From the human T2T-CHM13v2.0 reference genome, Homo sapiens: 64,000 nucleotides of DNA. Every line of letters starts with the position of its first letter. Position 1 is the stretch's first letter. The position numbers were made by a program, and so were the translations under genes. The notes under the pieces were generated by a model that worked only from the letters and a program-made list of their open reading frames with translations, searched no databases and was not told where the DNA came from. The stretch lies in assembly GCF_009914755.1 (NCBI RefSeq), contig NC_060948.1; one strand, 5' to 3'. Positions 1 to 12,914 of the stretch are shown piece by piece.

Positions 1-307
1 AGAAAGAGGTCTAATTGGGTTCACAATTCCACATGGCTGCAGAGACCTCACAGTCATGGCAAAAGGCTAGGAGGAGCTAGTCATGTCTTACATGGATGGA
101 AGCAGGCAAACAGAGAGCTTGTGCAGGGCAACTCTTGTTTTTAAAGCTATCAGGTCTCATGAGACCCATTCTCTATCATGGGAATAGCACAGGAAAGACC
201 CACCTCCATAATTCAATCATCTCCCACTGGGTCCCTCCCACAACACATGGGAATTATGAGAGCTACAAGATGAGATTTGGGTGAGGATACACAGCCAAAC
301 CATATTA
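1..307 (-). mobile_element. THE1A/B-type MaLR LTR (cut by window edge)
   Basis: Ends in GATGAGATTTGGGTG...CAGCCAAACCATATTA, the reverse complement of the THE1 LTR start TGATATGGTTTGGCTG; typical THE1 body (GAGCTTGTGCAGGG, CCCTCCCACAACAC). Confidence 0.9.
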
Positions 308-609
308 CCCCCACACAATAACAGGCTTTATAGAACACCATATCATTTTCAAAACAGAATATAAATTAAATGTCTTTGGGAGGAAAAAGTAAAAAAGGTA
401 AATTGTAGTAAAACATAGCCATAATACTTGTGATGTTATCACATAATTTTATGTGTACAATAAAAATGTCCCTAATAAATATTTTGAATACTCTATAACA
501 GGTCCTGCTCTGGGAAGTTGAGGTCTACCAGAGGACAAACTAGAAAAAAAAAAATGTCCTACTTAACATAAAAGAATATGCTATCAAGAAAGCTGAGGAT
601 GTTACAGAT

Positions 610-775
610 GGTCTCTCTGTGAAAGTAATATTTAAGTTTATTCCTGAAGGTTTATTAACACTGGGTGTGTAGATGTGGGAAGGATTTCTAGGTGGAGAAA
701 ACAGCTTGTACAAAAGCCCTGAAATGAACATGCTTAGCATGTTGGAAGAACCGACAGAAGACCTGTGAATCCAGA
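610..775 (-). mobile_element. L2 relic
   Basis: GAAAACAGCTTGTACAAAAGCCCTGAAATGAACATGCTTAGCATGTTGGAAGAAC resembles the antisense L2 motif GGAACAGCATGTGCAAAGGCCCTGAG; highly diverged. Confidence 0.5.
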
Positions 776-932
776 GCAAGGATTTCAAAGGGGACAGGCA
801 CTTAAATTTTAGTGGTGAAAGAAAGACAATAAATATATAAGATAAGCAAATTTTATTATTTGCTAATTTGCTCTCTCAAATTTTATAGCATGTTAAAAGA
901 TGTTGAGTGCTGTATAGAAACATAGTGCAGAG

Positions 933-2178
933 TAATATTTGCTGTTCTGCAGCCTCCGCTGGTGATACCCAGGCAAACAGGGTCTGGAGTGGACCTCCAG
1001 CAGACACCAACAGACCTGCAGCTGAGGGTCCTGACTGTTAGAAGGAAAACTAACAAACAGAAAGGAATAGCATCAACACCAACAAAAAGGACATCCACAC
1101 CAAAACCCCATCTGTAGGTCACCATCATCAAAGACCAAAGGTAGATAAAACCACAAAGATGGGGAGAAACCAGAGCAGAAAAGCTGAAAATTCTGAAAAC
1201 CAGAGCTCCTCTTCTCCTCCAAAGGATCGCAGCTCCTCACCAGCAATGGAACAAAGCTGGACAGAGAATGACTTTGACGAGTTGACAGAAGTAGGCTTCA
1301 GAAGATCAGTAATAACAAACTTCTCTGAGCTAAAGGAGGATGTTTGAACCCATCGCAAATAAGTTAAAAACCTTGAAAAAATATTAGACGAATAGCTAAC
1401 TAGAATAAACAGTGTAGAGAAGACCTTAAATGACCCGATGGAGCTGAAAACCATGGCACGAGAACTACGTGATGCATGCACAAGCTTCAGTAGCCAATTC
1501 GATCAAGTGGAAGAAAGGGTATCAGTGATTGAAGATCAAATAAATGAAATGAAGCGAGAAGAGAAGTTTAGAGAAAAAAAGCGTAAAAATAAACGAGCAA
1601 AGCCTCCAAGGCATATGGGCCTATGTGAAAAGACCAAATCTACGTTTGATTGGTATACCTGAAAGTGACGGGGAGAATGGAACCAAGTTGGAAAACACTC
1701 TTCAGGATATTATCGAGGAGAACTTCCCCAACCTAGCAAGGCAGGCCAACATTCAAATTCAGGAAATACAGAGAACACCACAAAGATACTCCTCGAGAAG
1801 AGCAACCCCAAGATACATAATTGTCAGATTCACCAAGGTTGAAATGAAGGAAAAAATGTTAAGGCAGCCAGAGAGAAAGGTCAGGTTACCCACAAAGGGA
1901 AGCCCGTCAGACTAACAGCAGATCTCTCAGCAGAAACTCTACAAGCCAGAAGAGAGTGGGGGCCAATATTCAACATTCTTAAAAAAAGAATTTTCAACCC
2001 AGAATTTTATATCCAGCCAAACTAAGCTTCATAAATGAAGGAGAAATAAAATCCTTTACAGACAAGCAAATGTTGAGAGATTTTGTCACCACCAGGCCTG
2101 CCTTACAAGAGCTCCTGAAGGAAGCACTAAACATGGAAAGGAACAACCAGTACCAGCCACTACAAACACATGCCAAAT
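933..2178 (+). mobile_element. L1PA (about PA6-8) distal 5'UTR plus ORF1
   Basis: CCCAGGCAAACAGGGTCTGGAGTGGACCTCCAG 5'UTR motif; ORF1 ATG at 1159; peptides MGRNQSRKAENS, KRPNLRLIGIPESDGENGTKLENTLQDII. Confidence 0.93.
1159..2178 (+). pseudogene. Disabled L1 ORF1p (stops and frameshifts)
   Basis: ORF1p homology split over ORFs 1159-1347, 1438-1662 and 1625-1915; cut just before the native stop codon. Confidence 0.85.
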
Positions 2179-2885
2179 CAAAACCACAGTGAGATACCAT
2201 CTCACACCAGTCATAACGGCAACTACTAAAAAGTCAAAATACAACAGATGATGGTAAGGTTTCAGAGAAAAGCAACACTAATACACTGTTGGTTGCAATG
2301 TAAATTAGCTCAACCACTGTGGAAAGTAGTGTGGTGATTCCTCAAAGAGCTAAAAGCAGAACTATCATTCAACCTAGCAATTCCAGTACTGGGTATATAC
2401 CCAAAGGAATATAGATAATTCTACTGTAAAGACTCATGCACATGTATATTCATGGCAGCATTATTCACAATACAACGACATGCAATCAACCTACATACCC
2501 ATCAACGGTGCACTGGATAAAGAAAACGTGGTATATATACATCATGGAATACTACACAGCCATAAAAAAGAATGAGGTCATGTCCTTTGGAGGAACACAG
2601 ATGAAGCCGGAGGCCATTATCCTTAGCAAACTAACATGGGAACAGAAAACCAAATACCGCATGTTCTCACTTATCAGTGTAAGCTAAATAATGAGAATAC
2701 ATAGACATATAGAGGGGAAAAACAGACACCGGGGCATATGGGAAGGTAAAGGGTGAGAGGAGGGAGATGATTAGGAAAAATAACTAATGGGTACTAGGCT
2801 TAATACCTGGGTGATGAAACAATCTGTAAAACAAACCCCTATGACACAAACAACCCTGCAAATGTACTCTTGAACTAAAAAGTTA
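2174..2885 (+). mobile_element. Older L1PA (about PA13-16) ORF2 3' end and 3'UTR
   Basis: CAAATCAAAACCACAGTGAGATACCATCTCACACCAG; peptide WIKKTWYIYIMEYYTAIKKNE; 3'UTR GGAAAAATAACTAATGGGTACTAGGCTTAATACCTGGGTGATG. Confidence 0.88.
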
Positions 2886-3259
2886 TTTAATATGTAAATT
2901 AAATTAGATCATATCATTGAGTATTAGGCAATTAGAAATTGAGGCAAAGATAGGAATACGATCCAATACTGCCATATAGTACCAGTAAGAATACACATTT
3001 GAGAACACTACTCTAATTTAAATGTAATGATCACAAAATAATCACAAAAATATTCACAAAAATAATCTTCTTAAGTCTTTCCTATCCTAAAATTGACAAA
3101 AGATTTTAAGAAGCTTAATTACCTTATCAAAAATTTTGCATAAGCTTGGTGAATAAAATACATTTCAGAGTTCATCCTTTCAACTTGATATTTGGTCATT
3201 AAAAAGTATTTTGTTTTACGGGGTTTGATACGCCGTCTCCCTCATAAGTTTGTGTTCCT

Positions 3260-3673
3260 CATAGATGTGATCTCTCTACATATTTCTATATTACTCAGAG
3301 GTTGGTTTCTTCCTTTTTATTCTATTCTTTTTTCTATTTTTTTCTCTGTTTTGTCTGAACGTCTTATTTTTGAAATCCAGTCTTTAAGCTCTGAAATTCT
3401 TTCTTCAGTTTGGTCTATTCTTCTGTTAGTACTTACGATTGCATTATCAAATTCTCATAGTATGTTTTCCAACTCTATCAGATTGTTTATGTACATTTTT
3501 ATACAGGCGATTTTATCTGCCAGTTCCTGTATTATTTTATTGTGATCCTTAGCTTTCTTGGATTGGGCTTCAATGTGCTCCTGCATCTCAATGATTTTCA
3601 TCTCTACCCATATTTTAAATTCTATTTCTGCAATTTCAGCCATCTCATCCTTGTTCAGAACTTTTGCTGGAGA
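3260..3673 (-). mobile_element. L1P (old PA/PB) ORF1 fragment
   Basis: Minus-strand peptide DEMAEIAEIEFKIWVEMKIIEMQEHIEAQSK resembles the ORF1p coiled coil. Confidence 0.8.
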
Positions 3674-3884
3674 GATATATACTGATATTTTCTTTCTTTT
3701 TAGTATATACTCAGTAGTGGGATTGGTATACCATTTGGTAGCTGCATTTTTAAGTTTTTGTGGAAGTTTCAGAATCTTCTCCATATTGTTTATAATAATT
3801 TTCATCTTAACCACCAACAGTGTACGAGGTTTCCCTGTTCTCCACAACCTCTCTAGCATTTGTTATTGCCTGTCTCTTGGATAA

Positions 3885-4112
<228 letters not shown>

Positions 4113-4541
4113 TAAAAGTCATTTTAACTGGGGTAAGATAATAACTCATTGTAATTTTGATTTGCCTTTCTCTTATTATCAGTTATGTTGAACATATTTT
4201 CACATGCCTGTTTGCCATTTGCATGTCTTCTTCAGAGAAATATCTACTCCAATCTATTGCCTGTTTTGAATTGCATTATTGAATTTTTTCTTATGAAGTT
4301 ATTTTATCTTCTTATATATTCTTGTTATGAATCCCTTGACAGATAGATTGTTTGCAAATATTTTCTCCCATTTTGTGAGTTGTCTTTTAACTTTGTTTAT
4401 TATTTTATTCATCCTGCAGAAGCTTTTTAACTTCACGTGATCCCGTTTGTCCATTTTTTTTTTTTTGCTTCATTTCCTTGTACTTCTAGAGTATTACTTA
4501 AGAAATTTTGGCCCAGACCAATGTGCTGAAGATTTTCCCCC

Positions 4542-5012
4542 CCAAAAGTGAAAGAACTCTACAATGAAAGCTATAAAATCTAATAAAGGACATTGAAGAG
4601 AAAAATAAAAATAAAAAGATATTTCATGTTTATGGATTAGAATAATCAATATTGTTAAAATGTCCATACTACCTAAATTAATCTATTGATTCAATGCAAT
4701 CTCTATCAAAATACCAATGATATTTTTCACAGAAAGGGAAAAACAATCCTAAAATTTATATGGAACCCTGTAATATTTAGATTAGCCAAAGCTGTCCTGA
4801 GCAAAAAGGGACAAAACTGGAGGAATCACCTTACCTGACTTGAAATTATACCACAGAGATATATGAACCCAAATAGCATAACACTGGCCAAAAAAAAACC
4901 AGACATATAGAACAATGGACCAGAATAGAGAATCAGAAACAAATCCACATACCTACAGTGAACTTATTTTTGACAAAGTTGCCAAGAACATGCACTGGAA
5001 AAAAGACAATCT
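4542..5012 (+). mobile_element. Inverted ORF2 segment inside the minus-strand L1MA
   Basis: Sense ORF2 sequence (AATATTGTTAAAATGTCCATACTACC...GACAAAGTTGCCAAGAAC) flanked on both sides by antisense ORF2. Confidence 0.88.
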
Positions 5013-8000
5013 GATTTATTTTTCCGATAATTAACTATTGGCATATAGAAAGGCTACTGATTTTTGTATATTGATTTTGTATTCTGTAAATTTACTAAAT
5101 TTGTCCATCAGTTTTAATAGTTTTTGGTAGTGTCTTTAGGATTTTCCAAATATAAAATCATATCATCTGCAAACAAAGGTAATTTGAATTCTGCTTTACC
5201 GATTTGGATGTCCTTTTTATTTATTTATTTATTTTCAGCAAATCAAATAATATTTGCTTTATATATATATGAATGCTCCAGTGTTAGGTACATACATATT
5301 TATAATTGTTATGTCTTTTATTAAATTTACTTCTTTATCATTGTATAGTGACCTTCTTTGTCTCTTCTTATAGTGTTTATCTTGAAATCTATGTTGTTGA
5401 ATATAAGTAAATATATTCTTGCCATTTTCTGGTTGCCGTTGGCATAAAACAGCTTTTAGCCATCCCTTTATTTTCAATCTGTGTGTATCTATATCGGAGA
5501 AGTTTGTTTTTTTAAGGCAAGAGATCATTGGGTCTTGTGTTTTTTCTTTATTCTGACATGTTATGTCCTTTCATTGGAGAGTTCATCTATTTATTTCCTT
5601 GTTATTATTGACAACTAGAGACTCACTCCTGTCATTTTCTTATTTGTTTTCTGGTTGGTTTGTAGTCTCCTCTCTCATTCTTTTCTTTTTTTATCCTTTT
5701 AGTGAAAGTGATTTTCTCTGGTGATATGATTTAATTTGTAACTTTTTATTTTTGTGTATTTGTTGTATGGTTCTTGATTTGAGGTTATCATGAGACTTGT
5801 AAATACTATCTTATAACCCATTATTTTAAACTGATGACAACATAGCAAAGATTGCATAAACAAAGAAGCACAAAAAGAAAACTAATAAACACTCTATACT
5901 TTAACTTTATACTCCCCCTTTTTAACTTTTTATTGTTTCTTTTTATGTCTTATTGTACTGTCTATGTTTTGAAAAGTGTTGCAGTTATAATTTTTGATTG
6001 GTTCATCATTTGACCTTTCTACTTAAGAGTAGTTTACATACCATGATTACAGTGTTATAATATTCTGTGCTTTTCCATGTCCCTACTATTTCCAGTGAGT
6101 CTTCTACCTTCAGATGATTTCTTCTTATGTATTAATGTATTTTGTTTCAGAATAAAGAACACCCTTTAGCATTTCGTGTAAGACAGGTCTCGTGTTTATG
6201 GAATCCCTCAGCTTTTATATGTTATTTGTTTCTTTCCTTTTGCTGCTTTTAGGATCCTTTCTTTATCCTTGACCTTTGGGAGTTTGGTTATTGAATGCCT
6301 TGAGGTTGTCTTCTTTGGGTTAAATCTGCATGGTGTTTTGTAACCTCTTTGTACTTGAATGTTGATTTATTTCTCTAGATTTGGAAAGTTTTCTGATATT
6401 ACCTCTTTGAATACACTTTCTACCCCCATCTCTTTCTGTACTTTTCTTTAAGGAAAATAACACTTAGATTTACCCTTTTGAGGATATTTCCTAGATCTTA
6501 TAGTTGTACTTCATTCTTTATTCTCTTTAATTTTGTTTCCTTTGTATTTTCCACTAGCCTGTCTTCAACTAAATCTTTTCTTCTCCTTGATTATTTCTGC
6601 TATTAAGATTCTCTGATGCATTCTTAAGTGTGCCAATTGCATTAATCAGCTCTAGAATTTCTGCTTTATTCTTTTAAATTATTTCAATCTCTTTGTTAAA
6701 TTTACCTGACAGAATTCTGAATTCCTTCTCTGTGTTATCTTAAATTTCTTTGAGCCTCCTCAACACAGCTATTTTGAATTATCTGTCTGAAAGGTCACAT
6801 GTCCCTGTTTCTCCAGGATTGGTCCCTGATGACTTATTTAGTTCATTTGGTAAGGCCATGTTTTCCTTGATTATCTTGATTGCTTATGGACATTCATCAG
6901 TGTCTGGGCATTAAAGATATATATTTATTGTAGTCTTTGCAATTTGAGCTTGTTTTACATCTGTCCTTTTTGAGAAGGTTTTCCATGTATTCTAAGGGAA
7001 TTGGGTACTGTGCCCAATAATGCTGTGGTTTTTGTGGACTCATAGAGGTACTGCCTTGGTAGTCTTAGATAAGGTCCAAAAGAATTACCTGGATTACCAG
7101 GAAGAGTCTCATGTTGTCTTCCCTTACCTTCGCCCAAACAGTGCCTCTCTCTGTGTGCTGAGCCACCTGGAACTGTGGGCATTGTGATGCAACTACCATG
7201 GGGTCACCACTACTGGGTCTGTGCTGGGTCAGACCTGAAGCCAGCACAACACTGAGTCTCACCAAAGTCCTACCGTAACCACTACCTGGATACCACCTAT
7301 GTTGACTCCAAGGTTCTAGGGCTCTATAATCAGCAGGTGGTGAAACCAGCCAGGTTTCTCTTCTTTCATTCAGGGCAGTGATATCTCTCAGGCCCCAGAC
7401 TTGTGCAGAGATCCTGTCTGAGAGCCAGCAATTGTAGTACAAAACCTTACAAATTTAACTAATATTTCATTCTACTTTGTGTAAGCTGGCACTCACACCA
7501 CAATACGAAGTCCTTCCTGCTTTTCCCTCCTCTTTCCACAGGCAGAGGAACCCCTCCCTGTGGCCACTACCACCACCAGCCCATAAGGCGTTCTGCCACA
7601 CCACTACTTATGTTCACTTAAAGACCAAGGGCTCTTCTAAGAGATTGTAGTGAATGTTGCCAGAACTATGACACGCCTTTCAAGGTAGTGAGCTCCTCTC
7701 TGGCCTAAAGCAGGTCCAGAATTGCTGTCCAAAAGTCTAGACCAGGACTTGACACCAAGAGCCTGCTTGTTGCTCTACTCCACTGTGACCAAACTGGTAT
7801 CTAGTGTGCAAAACAAAGTCTTCATTATTATTCCCCCTGCTTTTTTCAAACAGAAAGAGTCTTTCACTGTAGCCAGCACCGCTGGGAATATGGCAGGTCA
7901 CACCTGAAGTCAGTACATCTCAGAGCCCAAGGCCCATGGAGTACTCCCTGACTATCACTCCTTACTATTCAGAGCCCAAGGGCTCTTTAGTCAGCAGTTT

Positions 8001-8951
8001 ATAAATCCTATCAGAAGTGGTTTTTTCCCTTCAAGGCCATGGGTCTGCCTCTAGCCCAGGTTGATTCTAGATATGTCATCTGTGAGCCAGAATGGGGACC
8101 TCACTACTCTGCCGGTGCCCTCTACTTCTGTGGCTGAGCTGGCATCCAAGATGCATAAGAAAGGCCCCTTTTTTCTTTCCTTTTCTTAATCTGAAGAAAG
8201 GAGTCACTTTTATTGTTGCGAGCTGCACTGACTTGGCTTGGAAAAGGAGTGGCACAAGCACTCTCTTAGCTGCCCTAGCTGGTGTCTTCCTAGGTCACGT
8301 GCCACTTGAGTCCACTGGCTCTAAGCCCAGCCTAGCGCTTGGAGTTGTCCAGGAATTGTATTCCTTGTGTCCTACACTGCCTTTCAGGTTTACCTGGGAC
8401 CCCAGAGCACTTTGGCCTACAGCAGTAAGGCTTGCTAAAAAAACTCAAGTTCTGACCACTGTAATGGGCGATTCCCTTCTTGTAAGGACTGGTCCAAATG
8501 CTCCCTCTGTGCAGGGTACTGGTTGATCCCAGCATGACTTTGCTCTCCACTGTGACAGGCAGCACCGAGTACAATGTAAAGTCCCTAGGTCACTGTGCTC
8601 TCCCTCCCCCAAGTGCACAAACTCTCTGTGTCACAGGACCACTGCCAGTGGATGGGGAGGGGTGGTGTCAGCTATTTCAGACTGTTTCTCCTATCCTTTT
8701 TAATGCCTCTTTCAGTGATATGAATTTAAACCATGTACTGTGATTACTCACTTGATTTTTGGTCCAGTGATGATGTTTCTCTGTGTGCAGATACTTGTTA
8801 AAATTTGGTGTTCCAGCGCAGGGGACAAATAGTGTAGGCTTTTATTCCACCTTCTTATACCACCCTCTTTAGATTTTTTTCTTAAGCTTTTATTTATTTT
8901 AAACAAGAAGTTCTTTAAAAAAATAACTCAATTAAAAAAAAAAACTATTCA

Positions 8952-9278
<327 letters not shown>

Positions 9279-10813
9279 TCAGGGAGATGTCAGTTTATTT
9301 CAAATGTACTTTATATAATTATATTTTATAGCATATTCTCACACTACATATTTAAGATGAAATTTGTAAATGTGATTAAATTTCACTTAAAAATTATTGA
9401 ATTGAATAAACTGAAATTCAACACCTATTCCACTGAATTTTACTCTACCTGATGAGTATTTTGGCATTGCAGAGAAAATCTCTTTTTTTGAAAGGAACTC
9501 ATTAAATATCACTTTTGCATCAATATTAGGACCTTTTAATATGTAGTTGCACATTAGGAGATGATGAAGAGTTGCCTGCAGTTCTGCACACAAATACTAA
9601 TCTTCATCCCAATGATTTCCAAACTTTTGACTTTACAATTATCTGTATTACCATACTTTATGTTATATTGTTGGAACACTGGGACCACTAGCACCTTTTA
9701 AAATGTCCATAAATTAGAATAAAATTATAATAAAACCACATTTTTATATTTTTTCCCAAGAGTTTATAATAGAAGACTAAGTTTTGTGGGATTCACAATA
9801 TATTATCAATGTATGTTTCTTGAAAATCATTTAGAATGAGAAAATAATTTGAAGTCAACTAATATATATGTCTCCTTTTACATGAAAGATAAAACATTAT
9901 TTTCTGTGAATGTAGGTAAAATAACTTCAACAAATGGAAATTTTTACCTTTAAAAAAGATTGTCATTTATTTTCTGGTAACTGTTGTACTCTGAAAAATC
10001 TAAAGCCTCTCTAGTGGCAGAAATCTACAAAATTCAATACAGGTTTAATATAAAGAATACATGATCTTTAAAAAAGTGCAATAAAGAAAATATTGTTTTA
10101 GTCTCTTGAGAGCCATCTTTCTAGATTTTTCAAAGTATAGACAAAATTGAAGTGTTTCAACCAATTCTGTTATTAACAATCCTGAACAGGATTATTAATC
10201 ATAAGACATCAAAATTCTTTAGCCTTCAATTTTATCCTTTACAAAATATACTTCTTAAATCCAGATTATAACACCACTCACTTCCACTTTTCCATTTAGA
10301 ATAAAAGGAACTAGTGAGATTATATGATTTCTACAAGTATTTAAAAAATATTCCAAATTACAAATCAGTGTAAAATCTCCTGAATATCAGGACACTGCAT
10401 TTCTTAATCATACAATAATAATATTGTCCTTTAAAATTTTGGCTTTTAATAACTTTTTAAACTTTATTTTTAAACATTATAACTTCCTCTAGACATGTAC
10501 TTCTCCAATCGTGATTGAAAGCAAATATTACATAAAATTGACTTGCAAAATATCACAGTAACATAGTTCTTAATACAGCACTATATTTTATTCATATCAA
10601 CATCTTTTGACACAATTTTTCTAAAAGAAGACGTTAAGAACTTGTTAAGAATACACATGAAAAGAGATTTTGTTTTTAATCCTACCTTTCCTATAAACCC
10701 TAGTAATCAGAAAGTAGAAAGAAATATCTAGCTAACTCATTTTTTAAAAACACTCTAAATAGACTAGAAGCTATGATATGAATTCATGAAATTGGTATCA
10801 GGGTCATTATTTA

Positions 10814-11094
<281 letters not shown>

Positions 11095-11799
11095 TTATTT
11101 TTCAAACATGTTAAAGATAAATAAGAATATAGACACGCTAATATAACAATTTAAAAAATAACCACAAAACTCTGTAAGTAGGATGGATGATAGACAATGG
11201 AAGGAAGAAAAGAAGGGAGGTAATTTTAAAAACCATATACTTCAGACATTTTAATTCCCTTGTTAGATAAAACTAGTATGCTCGGGGGTTAATGTGTGGC
11301 AGTTGTCAGACACCTTTCACACCATGGACTAATTTATAGATAATTGGAATAAAACCCTGAGTTTCAAGCAGGTATCACTTATTTTTATTGAATTTCCCTT
11401 CTTGAGCATGATTCACACATACTTCACATTTGCCCATATACTGGCTAAGTAGGACAGCAAAATGCCTTAACGAAATGTACCATTTTAAGAAGCTAGCTTT
11501 TTTTCTTAGATGCATAAGTTATGCTTGGAGAAAATATAATTATATTTTCCTGCATAATAAATAGGTTTTATGAAAAACACAGCCTTTGGAGAATACAAGA
11601 GAAATTATTCACTATGTTTAACAAAAGATGTAGCAGAACATTTTGCCCTTGATTTTCTTATTCAAATAGTGGGACTAGAAAAACTTTTGAAGACGTGTTA
11701 GATGTAGTTAGCCATTGAGGTACACTGAAAAGTCAGCACGAGTGCATGAGTTGGATTTTGTTATGATTATTTTGCTTTTGTTTTATTATTTTTTTTCTT

Positions 11800-11850
11800 A
11801 CTCCCTTTGGTCTTGTCTTATGTGAACTCCCTTTGGTCTTGTCTTAGGTG
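11800..11850. repeat. 26-bp tandem duplication
   Basis: ACTCCCTTTGGTCTTGTCTTA(T/G)GTG occurs at 11800 and 11826. Confidence 0.92.
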
Positions 11851-12184
11851 CCATTGAAGACACCGTAAATTCAACCCCATTATATGGTTTCATTTTAACT
11901 CAGAAGGTTAGATATGTTCAGCACAAATAAAATCAGATATTCTCAGGCTCACCCTAATTAAAGGTCCTAATCTAATCAAAGCTTTCATGAAGAAATGTCT
12001 TTTATGGAGGAAATTTACTGGTGTGTATTAATAATGGAAGCACTTTTTTAAAGCAAGGAAAACTGGTATGAATACAATTTTTATATTAAATTTAGATGTC
12101 ATGTTTTTATTGATGGTACAGACGACTACAATTGATATATCCAGATTCAAGCCCCTACAAAACACAGTCAGAATATACTGGTAC

Positions 12185-12354
12185 CTGTCTCTTCATACTG
12201 CCTTCACCCAGATTCTATGATTCCTTTAAGTGAACAGAAAGTCTATTCAGTAGGGTAGAATTTTAACAGCATAACTGGAGAGCTCCTGCTGTCCAAATGC
12301 ATGCTTCCATGTGGAGGCCTGGAATAAAAAGGCCATTATAGCTTTTGGTACACT
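12185..12354 (-). other. Candidate 170-nt exon (non-coding or stop-containing)
   Basis: Minus strand: branch-like CTAAT, then CTTCTCTCTCTACTCTCTCCCACAG|AGTG acceptor; CAG|GTACCA donor; stops in all three frames. Confidence 0.4.
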
Positions 12355-12608
12355 CTGTGGGAGAGAGTAGAGAGAGAAGTTGTAATGATTAGCAAGTAAG
12401 TTTTGTGATTGGCATAAAAACTAGGGAGGCATAAAAGAATTTACTTTTGTGCATATTGTTCCATTTTTACCAGAGTGACTTATAATTTAGAGGCTTATTT
12501 ATTCCAAAGACCAGTAAGAACTTACTACATAAGAGACATGTAGTCTATCAAATAAGGAGAGTGGTTAAAGTCTCGTTTTTAGTATCATTGACTTCGAAGG
12601 TTAAATTC

Positions 12609-12914
12609 CTTTTTTTTCTTTTTTTTTTTTTTTGAGGCGGAGTCTCGCTCTGTCACCCAGGCTGGAGTGCAATGGAGCCGTCTGGGCTCAGTGTAAGCTC
12701 CGCTTCCCGGGTTCATGTGATTCTCGTGCCTCAGGCTCCTGAGCAGCTGGGATTACAGTTGCCCGCCATCATGCCGGGCTAATTTTTGTATTTCTGTAGA
12801 GACAGGGTTTCACCATGTTGGTCAGACTGGTCTTGAACTCCTGACCTCAGGTGATCCTCCCCCTTCAGCCTATCAAAGTACTGGGGTTACAGGTTTGAGC
12901 CACCACACCCAGCC
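12609..12914 (-). mobile_element. AluS full length
   Basis: Both arms and poly-T; TSD TCGAAGGTTAAATTC / TCAAGGGTTAAATTC. Confidence 0.96.

Noticed and set aside
3030-3067. Short TCACAAAA repeats
   Set aside because: Low-complexity slippage of about three units without spacer structure; not CRISPR-like.
9387-9640. 68-aa ORF and box C-like ATGATGA
   Set aside because: No suitably placed D box or terminal stem, and no protein similarity recognised.
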